Assembly: GCF_018350175.1 (NCBI RefSeq)
Contig: NC_058368.1
Coordinates: 227,976,001 to 228,040,000, forward strand
Direction: 5' to 3'
DNA length: 64,000 bases
Source: Felis catus
Taxonomy: Eukaryota
Below the pieces are notes generated by a model, which was given only the letters and a program-made list of their open reading frames with translations, made no database searches and was not told where the DNA came from. This document shows positions 1 to 12,714 of the stretch, in pieces. Made by a program: the position numbers and the translations under genes. How positions within the stretch are numbered: position 1 is the stretch's first letter; every line of letters begins with the position of its first letter.

Positions 1-2234
1 GTGGTAAAATGAGCATGCCCAGATCAACGTGAAGGGCAGCAAGAATGAGAGAAATGTGCAGCTCTGTTTCCGAAACACTTTTGGTGACCTCATCAAGGCA
101 GGTGATTGCCCTAAGCCCAGGCTGATGTGGGAGGGTTTTAGCAGCTATAAAAATTTATCTGGGAAGCTGCAAGTATGGTTTCTTTGGTCACATTATTTAG
201 AAAATATGGAGAGAAATAGACACAGACACAAAGTGTAAGGCATGCACATGGTTACATCTGTGAAATGTGCCTGGAAAGAACCTTCGATTCCTGGGGGAAG
301 CCAGGGGTCCCCCTGCTTTTCTCCCAGGTCCAGGAAAGAGCAAGTCTGAGGCTGGTGCCAGCATTAGAAAAAGGCTGCTGGGAGTGTGGCTATTTCGAGG
401 AATTGGTTCCCGCTGCATAAGGAATGCTAGGGGGAAGTTTACCTGTTACATTTTCTCCTTTAGTCCTGCTAATCTCTTTCCTGGCACTGAGCTCCTGTGG
501 CTGTTTATTTATATACCTCTGTGCTGTTTGCATTTGGCTTTACTTTTTGTAGCCTTACTTTTAACCAACAGACCAAAAAAAAAAAAAAAAAAAGGCTCCA
601 ACAACTGCTCACTCATTTCTTTATGAATAAACACCATTAGCTTCAACTTAAGAGTGAATGGCCGACCTAGGATATGCGGCTTCCCCTGACTGTTGAGTTA
701 TTCTCCTGCCAGGAGACTAGCGTTGCACATCGTGCGTGGAGTTTGTCCTCTCCCCCCAGGGGCAGGCTCATCCCACTGCCGGCTCCCACGTGTGGTTTGG
801 CGGCAGGGAATCTGCTGAATGAAAGCTTCCTTTTTAGCATTTACTCCTCCCTGGAAAAGATGTTTGAGTGAGGCTGGGATAGGTAGGGAAGGTGGTATCA
901 GAAGATGATGGAGCGGTTCAGTTCTACTCAACGAGCGCACCTGCTATGTTTCAAACAGTGTGGGAAGCGCACTGGGGACCGTGACTTTTGCTTTCTTCCT
1001 CCCTTCTCCCATGTTTCCGTCTCTTCCTTTCTTCCTTTATCTCTTTTTCCGTATCTCCTTTCTTCCTTCCAGGCCTTCCTTCCCTCCCTCCCCACCTGTT
1101 CCTTCTTTTCTTCTACCATTTGTGTGGAGTGTTTTCTGGCAGGCCCTTTTCTCAAATTTTCCTTTGTGACTCTGAAGCTTCCCTAACACTCAGTACACAC
1201 GTAATGATATTTTCCCCCTTTTCTTGTGGGGACCAAATGAGACGAACAAATTGTGACTGTTGCCTGCTGCTTTCGGGTAACTTCCAGTGAGCTCAGTGCA
1301 TCTGTCTGGCAGGAGATGGGTAAATGGATAATAACCTATTGAGAGGGGACAGAGGACATGTGGTACTTGTCGGATTCCTATAAGGACTCTGTCCAAAGGC
1401 TATGCTATCTTAATAAGTCATTTAGAAGAAACCTGCCCTTGTATCTACCCTGGATGGGGTAAAAGAATGATGATTGGATTCCCATGGGCCAACATTTGGG
1501 CCTCCGAGGCGGTAATGTGGAGAGTCAGAATGTCTTTCTTTTGGGAAGTAGCTTCCAGGTAGGGCTTGGCTGTGGGATGTGGGCAAAGCCGTCCATGTCA
1601 CCCCCATGGAAATGGTTGTAGGCTTCCTTGGAATGCTTGGGCATTGCGGAAAGCACAAAATCTTACTCATGGAGGGCTGAATGCTGTGCGGGCAACTTCT
1701 GAACCTTGTGTAGCCAATTCGGCATAAAGAATAGAAGTGTGCGATACCCTGGTGTCCTGAAGTGTCCACGTTATTGTTCATTACAAAGAAACACAGGAAA
1801 GCCTAGCTCAGAGGAAGCAGTCATCACTAACTCTGGCAGTGTTCCCCCTAAGAGGGTTGACTGAGTGTCATGAACTGTGCTGGGGACTGGGGAGATGTTG
1901 GGGAAAAAATAGACCAGAGTCTTCGTCTGTGTGTGAAGCTGACAGCCTGGTGGGGAAGACAGTGTGACAGGGCATAGAAGGGGACCAGTGAGAGGTGGGA
2001 GAGGTCAGGAGGATAGAGCTCTCCAGCCAGAGCAAATGGCCCCCCCGGGGGTGGGGTGGGGGGACTAGATAGGGCCCTGATGATCATCACTGAGACAGAA
2101 GGAAAAGGAACACTCCCTTCTGTAAGTTCACGGTGCTTACTATTTAGTAAAAAGATACCAATATAACCACATGGCAGGTTTTGATAAGTATCACAGCAGA
2201 CACGCTTACCAGGGGTTGAGCTGATTTGCTTTCT

Positions 2235-2582
2235 AGAATTCATATGTTAGGGTCCTACCCCCAGGACCCCTGAATGTGACTGTATTTGGAGATAGGGCTT
2301 TAAAAAAGGTAATTAAGGTCAAATGGGGACAAATATGTAGGCCCTAATCTAATAGGGTCGGTACCCTTAGAAGAAGAACGCATTAAGCCACAGACGCAGA
2401 AAGACCTCAGGAGGCCATGGTGACGAGGTGGCCGTCTGCAAGCTAAGGGGAGAAGCCTCAGAAGATACCCAGCCTGCTGACTCCTTGATCTTGGACTTTT
2501 AGACTCTGTAACTGTGAGAGAATCAATTTCTGCTAAGCCGCCTAGTTGGAGGTATTTTGTTACAGTAGCCTGAGCAAACATC
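2235..2582 (+). mobile_element. MaLR solo LTR (MLT1-like)
   Basis: Typical MLT1 motifs: gaatgtgactgtatttggagatagggcttt...agaagcctcagaaga...ttgatcttggacttt...tttgttacagtagcc. Confidence 0.8.
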
Positions 2583-4565
2583 CACCATGCCAAACAGTTG
2601 GCACGAATTATCTCAGTGAATCCCGGTTACAGCGTGGTGAGGTAGGTGCCGTCACCATCTTCATCTCCACAGCTGAGAAAATCAAGGCTACGAGCTCACC
2701 ATCCCAGCGGGAAGACAGGCACGCCACACACCGCCGAAAATCCCGGACACGTTAAAATGCAAACCCACTCGGCACAGAACGTGTGTGATTGTCATGGCCG
2801 CACAGTACAGGGGCATCAGTGTGGGGCAAGACCTCAAACTGCCCTCCATCAGCCCCTGGGAGTCCTGTCTAATGACCGTCTCTCGATGGGGAGCTTCTGG
2901 AACGTGGTCAGCGCACTTGGATCCATCCGGGTTCAGTGCCCCTTGTGTGACGGATGGATGCTGCTGAACATGGACCGTGGCCCACGCACCTGCACAGCTG
3001 TTCCAGGTGCCCCCGAGGAAGCAAACAGCTGGCCTCGCGGAGAGAAGAGATGTTCCAGGCAATGTGGTGATGGCAGCAGACGGACAACTGAGGTGAGCAG
3101 CCGACTTGGAGCAAAGAGGCTGAGCCTGGTGAGGAGCTCTCAGATGGAGGTCGTTCTTCTCGAACCAGATTCCTTTTCCATCCATGCTTGGAAGTGGAGA
3201 AGACGTCAGCTCCGGGTGGCTCCTTTAGTAATGATGCCAAAGGGTAGGATAACCTTGTTTCCCGTGTCCGGTCAGGCTTTGATTGTAGGCAGTTGTTGTG
3301 TCTGGGGTTGGGTATCTTTTCGTATCTGCCACGTAGCGGGAGTCATTTTACAGCAGGGTTCCCACTCTTTTGTCTTTGTTTCTCGTGGTGCGATGGACTG
3401 TTTTGCCGAAGTTTCTTGTAGTCATGATTTTAAAGGTCTGTGTTTCTTTAACGTATCAAACTTTCTCGGCTATTAGAGAATTGAGGATGGTGATTTTCCA
3501 GGAAGGTCAATATAAATAATTAATGATCTCAGTGGTAGAATTCCTTTTCAGGGAGGAAATTGTCTTTGTTTGGGAAAAACAAATGAATGCAGATAAGTCA
3601 CTAGAGAAAGGAAATGAGACCTGAGGGTAAAGCCAGGACAGCCCAGGAAAATGGCTTGTGGCAAGTTCATTGTCTGGCAATGGTGGGAGGTGAGGGGTGG
3701 AGGAGATGTGAAGGCCCTGGAGGGAAGGCTGGGGTGCCCATGGATGGAGGTTAGACAGGTGCAGTGCGCTGGAAGTCATGGAAGGAACCCCCACGCAGGG
3801 CCAGGGAATGCTGGCTGTTCATTTGGAAATTGTCTTCCCAGTTCTGACCTCTGGGGGTGGGGGGGGGGGTCCTGCCATATGCATGAGCCACTGTGTGGTT
3901 TCTGGAGTTTGAGCCATGGGCCATGTTATACTTTTGTCTCCATCCCTGCACATCTTCCTCTGAACCTTGGAGGAAGAAGCTCAGAGCTGGAGGTGATCCT
4001 GAGCCCTTCAGTCCCCTGGGGGCCGGTTGAAGTCTTGGGGAGCGCACAGAATGGGTGCTCTGGCCAGGTTCATCTTGATCGCAAGAGGCTAGTGCATCAC
4101 AGATAACTGCTGGCTCTCTCACTGTGTGGGGATGTGACTATGAATTACTGATGCTGATTCCAGAGCCAGATTTACCATGAAGTAAATCTTTCTATAGCCA
4201 TACTCAGGCTTTTTAAACTGTTTTTGAGGATTCATTTTATTTATGCTCTTATGCTATGAGAGGCAATACCTACATCTATCTCTATTCTGATGCGGAGTAT
4301 AAATGCTTAAAAATGTTTAACCAAAGAGTCTTTTCATGGGACCAAATTCTGTGAAATCTGCATTTTGTTACCGTTTCAGTAACAATAGAGTGGATGAAAT
4401 ATTTGACTTTCTGGGAGTCAAAATATTTGACTTTTGCTGAGAAAATTAATCTCAGAATGCTTGGGTATTTAGTTCTCTTTTCCTAGGCTTGTGTAGACCC
4501 AGACAGTTAACAATGAGAAACCCCTCCCCATCAGTTTATTTATTACCTTTAAAATATGTTCTTAA

Positions 4566-4790
4566 GGGTGCCTGGGTGGTGCAGTTGGTTAAGTGGTTAA
4601 CGTTCGACTTCAGCTCAGGTCATGATCTCACAGTTTACAAGTTCGAGCCCCGCATCGGGCTCTGTGCTGACAGCTCAGAGCCTGGAGCCTGTTTCGGATT
4701 CTATGTCTCCCTCTCTCTCCGCCCCTCCCCTGCTCATACTCTGTCTGTCTGTCTGTCTCTCTCTCTCAAAAATAAATAAAAACATTAAAA
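4566..4790 (+). mobile_element. CAN-SINE (felid type)
   Basis: tRNA-derived head gggtgcctgggtgg, CT-rich tract, AATAAA/A tail. Confidence 0.92.
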
Positions 4791-4811
4791 TATATATATA
4801 TGTTCTCCCAT

Positions 4812-5030
4812 GGGGCACCTGGGTGGCTCAGTTGGTTGAGTGTCTGACTCTTGATTTTGGCTCAGGTCATGATCTGGCGGTTTGTGGATTCGAGCCCTGT
4901 GTCACGCTCTGGGGCTGACAGCATGGATCTTGCTTGGGATTTTCTCTTTCCCTCTCTCTGCCTGCCCCTGCCTGACTCTCTGTCTCCCCCCAAATAAACA
5001 AATAAACATAAAAACAAACAAACAAACCAA
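4812..5030 (+). mobile_element. CAN-SINE (older subfamily)
   Basis: ggggcacctgggtggctcag head, CT tract, A-rich tail. Confidence 0.9.
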
Positions 5031-5245
5031 GGGGTGCCTGGGTGGCCTAGTCCATTAAGCATCAACTTCGACTCAGGTAACGATCTCATGATTCCAGGGT
5101 TTGAGCCCTGCGTCAGGCTCTGTGCTGACAGCTCAGAGCCTGGAGCCTGCTTTGGATTCTGTGTCTCCCTTTCTCTCCTGGCCCTCCTCTGCTCACGCTC
5201 TGTCTCTCTCTCAAAAATAAATAAATTAAAAACAATTAAAAAGAA
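5031..5245 (+). mobile_element. CAN-SINE inserted in the tail of the preceding SINE
   Basis: SINE head, CT tract and A tail; flanked by aaacaaac(c/t)aa. Confidence 0.9.
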
Positions 5246-6093
5246 AACAAACTAAAATATGTTCTACCTGCTTAATGAGAACATTTAGAGGGAGTAATGT
5301 ACAGTGTATTTAACTTCTTTTCGAACGTCTTGCAGCATCGACATCATGATTACATTGGCTTCGTTAACTTCATAATGAGTTAGGGACCTAATGTGATCTC
5401 TGTTAGAATTTTAGATTCTCCGTTTTAAAGCTAGCATGTGCAGACAGGCACCAACAAGGAAACAGGTGGGTGCACATTGCCTATTCATTGAGGATGTTAA
5501 TCATACCCCATGTTTGTGACTTCCCATTGCCCTTTCATTGGGTTATATATACTTCTAGGGTGTTAATGAATAACAAAAATAGATTTTCACTTCTCAAAAA
5601 AGAGCTTCAGTGTTTCTGGGATAAATAAGGCATCTGAAGAAGCAAATGGGTCACTGCCTAGCGGTGTCTTTTGGGTGGTTTGTTCAGTAGAGGAGTCTGA
5701 CTGAATACGTTTTACCTCGGAAGTTGTAATTGTCTCGGTGACTATGCGAATATATGCCCAGTGAACTAGTACTTTAAATCTTATTATAAGATTTAAGAAT
5801 GGCTAATAATGTACTCTTACCTTCTTGATCTCTTAGTATTGGGAAATCACATTAGATGAGAATGAATACCAATTGCCTGACACTTCTTCATTAAGTATGT
5901 TATGCAGGTACAGATCCATCACAAGGGGAATCCCCTGGACATAAATATAAATTCTTGCGGTGGAATTTCTTAAACACAGACTTTTAGAGTCAGCGTTTTT
6001 AGGCCATGGCACCAATGTGAAATAAACAAGGCCCAGCACATAACTAGTAAATTGGTAAGTGCAGAGAAATTAGGTTGATTTTTATGTGTTTTT

Positions 6094-6265
6094 GGGGCGC
6101 CTGGGTGGCTCAGTGGATTAAGCGTCCGACTTCGGCTCAGGTCATGATCTCCTGGTTCGTGGGTTCGAGCCCCGTGTCAGGCTCTGTGCTGACATCTCGG
6201 AGCCCGGAGCCTGCTTCCAATTCTGTGTCTCCCTCTCTCTCTGCCCCTCCCCCACTGGCACTTTG

Positions 6266-6301
<36 letters not shown>

Positions 6302-6331
6302 CCTCTCTCTCAAAAATAAACATTAAAAGAA
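6094..6331 (+). mobile_element. CAN-SINE
   Basis: Full SINE; TSD gatttttatg(t/c)gttttt at 6077-6093 / 6332-6348. Confidence 0.93.
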
Positions 6332-7347
6332 GATTTTTATGCGTTTTTGTCAAAGGCTAAAGAGCAAAGATTAGGTGTAAATGATCTTTTAAAGACAGTG
6401 ATCCAGAAATTCTGAAAAGACATATTAGGGTCTTTCCTTCATTCTTTATCTCTGTCCTTGTCTGGGTTTCTTAAGGGTGCTATGCGCGGTCTTCTGGGAG
6501 TCTGGGAATACGGTGGATGTTACGGTGAGGGTCTGAGGTGCACACTGGGATCAGTATACCTGTCGGGGAGAGGATGAAGATAATCGATCGTCTTTGGCAG
6601 ACCACTGGGTTTTGAGGAATCCCAAGTATCAAAGCTGCTCAAGCAGCAGCCGCTGCCCATCCAGTCTTTGTGGACGTGGACCAGACAAACACCTCATTCT
6701 CCGGAGAGTTCCTTGTAACAAGACTTGGCGTTTGCAGCGACACGAACGATATATTTTAAAGCAATTTAATCCTTTTAAAAAAAAACCCAGCTTAATCCTC
6801 GACTATTTAAAAAAATACCCGTTTCCCGGAAGGTAGGTTAGCAGATGAGCTGGAAGGGCCACATGAACTCACTTTTCGTGAGTTTATGACACCACCTTGC
6901 CACGCTTTGGGCCTGGGTCTTCATCTCCTAAACAGCACTTGCTTTGTTTGTGTTAAGATTACCTCTTCAAAAAGTCAGTTAATTCCTGCTTTGTGTCCCG
7001 GAGGGTATCACAGCGAAATAAAGATCTTACTTCATGTTTGTTTCAGGTGACACTCAAACTTCTTTACAAAATTTAATCCTGGCCATGATTCTGAGACAAA
7101 GATGCATTCACCACTTTGGCAGAGGGGGATTTTTGCCCAAAGTCCATGCTGAGGGACGGAGGAAGTAAAGAGATGGTTTCTCCTCCTGTTTTCAGACTTC
7201 GTGAGTTTTGACCTGTGTTTGCGTCTTCTGCCTCAAATCAGAAACCCCAGCGCTGGAATTGTTAAGAGTTAAGAGCCTCCGCATCCCACCCTGCTGACTT
7301 CTCTCTTTTCCCTCCTCCTCTCCCTCCTCCCCCCTTCCTCCCCTACC

Positions 7348-7348
<1 letters not shown>

Positions 7349-7388
<40 letters not shown>
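7349..7388. repeat. Poly(C) homopolymer, 40 nt
   Basis: Uninterrupted C run at the end of a pyrimidine-rich tract. Confidence 0.9.
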
Positions 7389-7389
<1 letters not shown>

Positions 7390-8219
7390 TCCCCTGGGCT
7401 CTGATCTCCCTGCGGAGCTCCATGGGGCCAATGGGAATGATTCAGGCCCATGTCCCCTCCTCCTCTGACAGTGCTGGGTGGCCCAGCCCTTCCGGCCATC
7501 TGGCGGAGCCTGCTGGTCTGTGCACACATAGACTTCATTGGTTAACTTTCAGCCCTTGGTCTTGAAGGAGACAGACTTAAAAGAGTACCAGCTAATATTT
7601 ATGGTTTCCTATGCATTCAGCCGGGCATAACACCTTTTCCTTTTTCTTTTTTTCTTTTCTTTTTCTTTCTTTTTTTTTTTTTTCTTAACACATTTTGGTT
7701 TTCTTTTACTTAGTTAAGAAGAAATTGTGACTTCCATGCTGGTCGGGTTGAGGCATGCTGTAGGGGCACAGTCCAGACTTGTAGGGTAGTGATAGTGATG
7801 GAGATTCAGCCCCTCGACACTGTTGTGCTCTGAGAGGGGCGGGGAGCTAGTGTGAAGTAATGGAGGACGAGAAAGGAAAAGGAAAAGGAAAAATCAGAGC
7901 CTCTTATTTAAGACATGTCACTTGCATGTTTCTGGATTCTTCCAGTTAATTTATTTAGGATTAACCACTTCAATGTTTGTTACCTGTTTTTCAGTTTAAT
8001 TTTTTCCTTTTCCTTTTTAAAAAGCCAGATTCCCTTTAATAATAAAATTTTAGAGGCATTAAATGATCTTTTAAAGTTCGTTAAAGCCCATGCGTATTTT
8101 TCCCCGGGGCACGGTTTCTTTCCCTCTGCCTTACCTCCCTACCTCCCTTCTGTCTTCATTCTTCTTTTGCTTCCTTTCTTTCTCATTATTATTTTAATTT
8201 ATTTTTCTCTTGTTTTATT

Positions 8220-8447
8220 AGTTAAGAACATAGACTCTGGAGCCAGATCTCCTGGGTCTGAGTCCTGGCCAAACTGTTCATTAGCTGTGTGACCTCGAGT
8301 AGGTAACTTGACCCCTCTGTGCTTCAATGTGTTAGTGTATAAAAAATGGGGATAGTAACAATAGCGACTTCATAGTCATGTGGTGAGGATCGAGTTGGTA
8401 TTTATAAAGTGCTTAGAACAGGGCCCAGTAAAGTGTAATGCTAATAA
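8220..8447 (+). mobile_element. MIR
   Basis: gttaagaacatagactctggagccaga...ttagctgtgtgacct...aaatggggatagtaa...aaagtgcttagaacag. Confidence 0.85.
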
Positions 8448-8591
8448 TTAAAATAAAAAAATAAAAACAAGACAGAAGTAAACCTAGGAAATATGGACAA
8501 AAAGAACATAAAAAATAATATGTAGGCCTATCTTTCAGTCTCAGAAATAATCACTATGAATAGTCCTTTCCCCATATGTATGTACAGGTAA

Positions 8592-8646
8592 TTTATTTTT
8601 ATTTATTTAATTAATTAATTTATTTTTTAAATGTTTATTTATACTT

Positions 8647-8704
<58 letters not shown>

Positions 8705-8829
8705 CCAAGCAGGCTCTGCACTGTCAGCACAGAGCCCAGCACAGGGCTTGAACCCACAAACTGTGAGATCATGACCTGAGCCAAAATCAGGAGTCAGATG
8801 CTCAACTGACTGAGCCAACCAGGCACCCC
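8592..8829 (-). mobile_element. CAN-SINE with expanded (GA)n
   Basis: Reverse-complement SINE ending aggcacccc. Confidence 0.9.
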
Positions 8830-8841
8830 ATTTGTGTTACT

Positions 8842-8968
8842 TTTAAAATTTATTTATTTTTCTTAAAAAGATTTTATGTTTGTAATCTCTACACCCACTG
8901 TGGGGCTTGAACTCACAATCCCAAGATCAGAAGTCACACGCTCTACCCACTGAGCCACCCAGGTGCCC
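8842..8968 (-). mobile_element. Short CAN-SINE (head plus tail, no CT tract)
   Basis: taatctctacaccc...ggggcttgaactcac...tgagccacccaggtgccc. Confidence 0.8.
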
Positions 8969-9000
8969 TGAAATTTATTTTTATTTTGAAAATTTTTTCT

Positions 9001-9224
9001 TTTTTTTAATTTTTTTTTCTAACGTTTTCATTTATTTTTGGGACAGAGAGAGACAGAGCATGAACGGGGGAGGGGCAGAGAGAGAGGGAGACACAGAATC
9101 GGAAACAGGCTCCAGGCTCCGAGCCATCAGCCCAGAGCCTGACGCGGGGCTCGAACTCACGCACCGCGAGATCGTGACCTGGCTGAAGTCGGACGCCCAA
9201 CCGACTGCGCCACCCAGGCGCCCC
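9001..9224 (-). mobile_element. Young felid CAN-SINE (SINEC_Fc-like)
   Basis: CpG-rich near-consensus copy; TSD tgaaaa(t)6-7ct. Confidence 0.95.
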
Positions 9225-9344
9225 TGAAAATTTTTTTCTTAACAAACATTCACTCGTACTCTTGGAGCCTGATTTTGTTTCCCACTTTATAGCATGTCAT
9301 AAACATGTTTCAGTTTCATTACAATGCTTCCTTAACATGATTAT

Positions 9345-9564
9345 TTTTTAAGATTCTTTTTCTTTTTTAAGTTTATGTATTTATTTTGAGAGAGAGACAG
9401 CACGAGTTGAGGAGGGGCAAAGGAGAGAGGGAGAGGGAGAGAATCCCAAGCAGGCTCCACACTGTCAGTATAGAGCCTGATGTGGGCTCAAACCCATGTA
9501 CCATGAGGTCATGAGCTGAAACCAAGAGTCAGATGCTTCACCGACTGAGCCATCCAGGTGCCCC
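9345..9564 (-). mobile_element. CAN-SINE
   Basis: Reverse-complement SINE ending ccaggtgcccc. Confidence 0.9.
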
Positions 9565-9574
9565 TAACATGACT

Positions 9575-9703
9575 GTTTTTTTTTTTTTTTCAATATATGA
9601 AATTTATTATCAAATTGGTTTCCATACAACACCCAGTGCTCATCCCAACAGGTGCCCTCCTCAATGCCCATCACCCACCCTCCCCTCCCTCCCACCCCCC
9701 ATC
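9575..9703 (-). mobile_element. Very short 5'-truncated felid L1 3' end
   Basis: Poly(T) plus aatttattatcaaattggtttccatacaacacccagtgctcatcccaac, homologous to the L1 3' end at 59239; flanked by aacatgact. Confidence 0.88.
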
Positions 9704-9710
9704 AACATGA

Positions 9711-9809
9711 CTTTTTTAAAAGTAATTTCTACACCCAGTGTGGGGCTCGAATTCACTACCCCACGATTGGAAGTCGCCTGCCTAACCGACTGAGCTAGCC
9801 AAGTGCACC
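9711..9809 (-). mobile_element. Short CAN-SINE
   Basis: gtaatttctacacccagtgtggggctcgaa...accgactgagctagccaagtgcacc. Confidence 0.8.
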
Positions 9810-10486
9810 AACACGATTTTTAACGGCTGTGTAGAATTCCATTGTACAGCTCTATAGCAAATTATTTTTATGAATTTCTTATTGTGAAGCGATGAAGGAT
9901 TGTTAATAAGTATTCCTAACAAAATTATAAAGAAATGAGTTCATTTATTGTATATATATGGTCACCACATATCCCCCTGCTTCTCCTCCCATCCTGCACC
10001 CTGCACGCAGCACAGACACACCCTCCACTCCCTGGCTTTTCTACCTGCCTTGGGCGTCCAGTGACCCAGCCCGTTACACAGCCTCCATTTCTGCCCTGGC
10101 TCTATTTGAGAAATGCTTCTTATTCCAGGAGAGGCTGTAATTCAGAATACCTTGTTTAACCAGCAAACGCACAAACTCCTCCCAATTAAGGTAAAATAGA
10201 ACCAAAGACCTCATCAAACACCCTAGAATAAAAAATACCTCCCTCTCAAGAGTAGGAAGCTCAGATGAGCCATAGTAAAATACACATGGCAAATGGACAA
10301 GGAAAACATTCTCTATGATTTAATAAGACAATTTCCAACTTTTAAAATTTAGAGATTTCTTAAATTCTCAGGTTATCACAAGTAAATTTCATTTTGTCAA
10401 AAGAGCAAATTCTTATCAACCAGAGTAAGAGCAGGGCCAAGCCTGGAGTGACTCTTTAGGTAAGGAAGTCAAGAAATGGTTCAAGC

Positions 10487-10501
10487 CCGCCACCTAGTGG
10501 C
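10487..10501 (-). promoter_or_regulatory. Candidate CTCF site
   Basis: Minus strand GCCACTAGGTGGCGG matches the CTCF core CCASYAGRKGGCRS, in apparently unique sequence. Confidence 0.45.
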
Positions 10502-11002
10502 TGTTCAGGACGTGGCTTCCTTGAATTTGGCCTTTTGGGGATTTGATTTCCATGGGGCAGGTTTCTGTCGTTCACCACTGTGTTCATTTTCCTCCAGGCC
10601 AAAGTCGTCCTTATGTGAGGAGTCCCACTGAAGCCTCTGATTAAATTGTCTCATGTTTGGTAGATAACGCTGCATTAAACTTAGTATATTTGCTAAGAGG
10701 ATCTTACTTTCGTCTCTTGTGTGAGAAATAGATTGGTGGTTTGTTACAAGAGTAACACTGGGAGGGAGTCAATTGTTTTATGTCTTGTGTTCATTACTAT
10801 AGTATCTACTCTTACATCTTCAGTTACCAGAAAGAAAACTAGCCAGGAATTTTTTTTTCGTCTTCTTATCTCTACCATATTCGGCTTCTGAGTTTACCAT
10901 AGACCTCATTTCAAATAAGAACATCTTGCAATGAGTTCCCTGAAGAGCGGAGCCTGAAGGCATGGGTTTGTGTTACCAGTTTATTAGGATTGCAGTGCTA
11001 GG

Positions 11003-11535
11003 CACGCACCCCGATGTTTATAGCAGTGTTATCGACAACAGCCAAAGTGTGGAAATAGCCCAAATATCCATCGACAGATGAATGGATAAAGAACATGTGG
11101 TTTGTATATACAATGGAATACTACTCAGCAGTCAAAAAGAATAAAATCTTGCCATTTGCGACAACATGGATGGAACTAGAGTGAATTATGCTAAGCCAAA
11201 TTAGTCAGAGAAAGAGAAATATCATATGACTTCACTCATATGTGGAATTTAAAATACAAAACAGATGAACATCAGGGAACAGAAGCAAAATTAATATAAA
11301 AATAGGGAGGGGGACAAACCATAAGAGACTATTAAATATAGAGAACAAACTGAGGGTTGCCGGAGGGGTATGGGGTGAGGGGATGGGCTAAACGGGCAAG
11401 GGGCATTAAGGAGGACACCTGTTGGGATGAGCACTGGGTGTTATATGTAGGGGACGAATCACTGGATTCTACTCCCGGAATCATTATTGCACTATATGCT
11501 AAGTGACTCAGATGTAAATTAAAAAAAAAAAAAAA
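11003..11535 (+). mobile_element. 5'-truncated carnivore L1 3' end
   Basis: ORF2 C-terminal and 3' UTR motifs (gatgaatggataaagaacatgtgg...), A15 tail, TSD tgcagtgctagg 10991-11002 / 11537-11548. Appears inserted in an old ERVL-like LTR (~10930-11960). Confidence 0.93.
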
Positions 11536-12465
11536 GTGCAGTGCTAGGGAAGCAAGAACGAGGGAAAAGCAGAGTGAGGTGGGGGAGGAGGGAGGGTCAG
11601 TATGAGGGTGTATCTTGTCTCTGGCCGCTTCTGGAAGCCGTCTGCTGGGACTGTGGGCCACGAGGCTGCAAGAGCCTAGGGCAGTCCAGTGGAGGGAAAG
11701 ACGTGAGAATTCATTCACCTCGTGCTTCCCTTTCCCACTGGTAACATTTGCTTCATTGGCTTTAATTCCCCCGCTCTTCTGGTTGTGATCATGGCTGGTC
11801 TGGAGGCCAGAGGCATGTACCCCGGGCACCAAACAAGAGATGTCGCAGGGGTGGATGAGCCGCAACAGCTGGGGCAGACCAAGTGACCCAGGGCCCCAGG
11901 AGCAGGTGAGGCTGGGGCCTGAGAGGCGGTGCATGAAAGCCTGGGGCTCCACGACCTTCTTAGTGTGCTGACCCCGGATTCTGCTCACAGGAACATGTTG
12001 AAGAGCTGAATACAGACTGGTCACGGATTTTTATGTTTTCCAGTAAATGCTTCCTGCAGGATTCTTGCAGGATTCTTTTGGTCGCAAGAAACCTACGCCA
12101 ACCAAAGCAGGAAAAGCGAACAGGGCAGGGTCGTGCCAGGGAATCCCCACGTGCCTGGCGATGGTGCTGGACCCCAGGGGGTGCCGAGTCAGGACTGGCA
12201 GGTGACCTGACCGGATGCTGCACACGTGAGTGCTTCACTCATGTTCATCTCTTTCTGAAGACTGGCTTTGTTGGCGTCCACAGCCTGCCTGTAGGCAGAA
12301 GAGGCCCGCCCGTGGTTCTGAGCTCCCACATTTACAGCCGCCCAGGAGACACGTTCTCTGTGAGCTCTAACTCCAAATTCCAGTGAGGAAATCTCTCTAG
12401 CTGGTCAGGTGTTCTCCTCTGATCCAGCGGGCCCCATGGTGGGGTAGAGAAGCCAGGCCATTTCT

Positions 12466-12714
12466 TTCTTTTTCTTTTCTTTCTTTCTTTCTTTTTTTTT
12501 TTTTTAATATTTAAGTTTGTTTATTCATCTTGAGAGAAAGCATGAGCTTGAGCCAGGGAGGGGTAGAGAAAGGGGGAGAGAAACAATCCCAAGCAGGCTC
12601 TATGTTATCAGCGCGGAGCCTGATGTGGGGCTCGAACTCACCAACCTGCGAGACCAGGACCTGAGTTGAAATCCCAAGTCGGACACTTAACCGACTGTGC
12701 CACCTAGGCGCCCC
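12466..12714 (-). mobile_element. CAN-SINE
   Basis: Reverse SINE; TSD ccaggc(ca/tg)tttct. Confidence 0.9.

Noticed and set aside
2646..3476. Longest ORF in the track (276 aa)
   Set aside because: Non-ATG start, no recognisable domain or family, overlapping ORFs in several frames in a locally GC-richer stretch; most likely chance.
7192..7538. Gly-rich ORFs
   Set aside because: Translation of the poly(C) tract.
11332..12024. 230-aa minus-strand ORF
   Set aside because: Runs antisense through the L1 tail (FFFFF from the A run) and LTR-like DNA.
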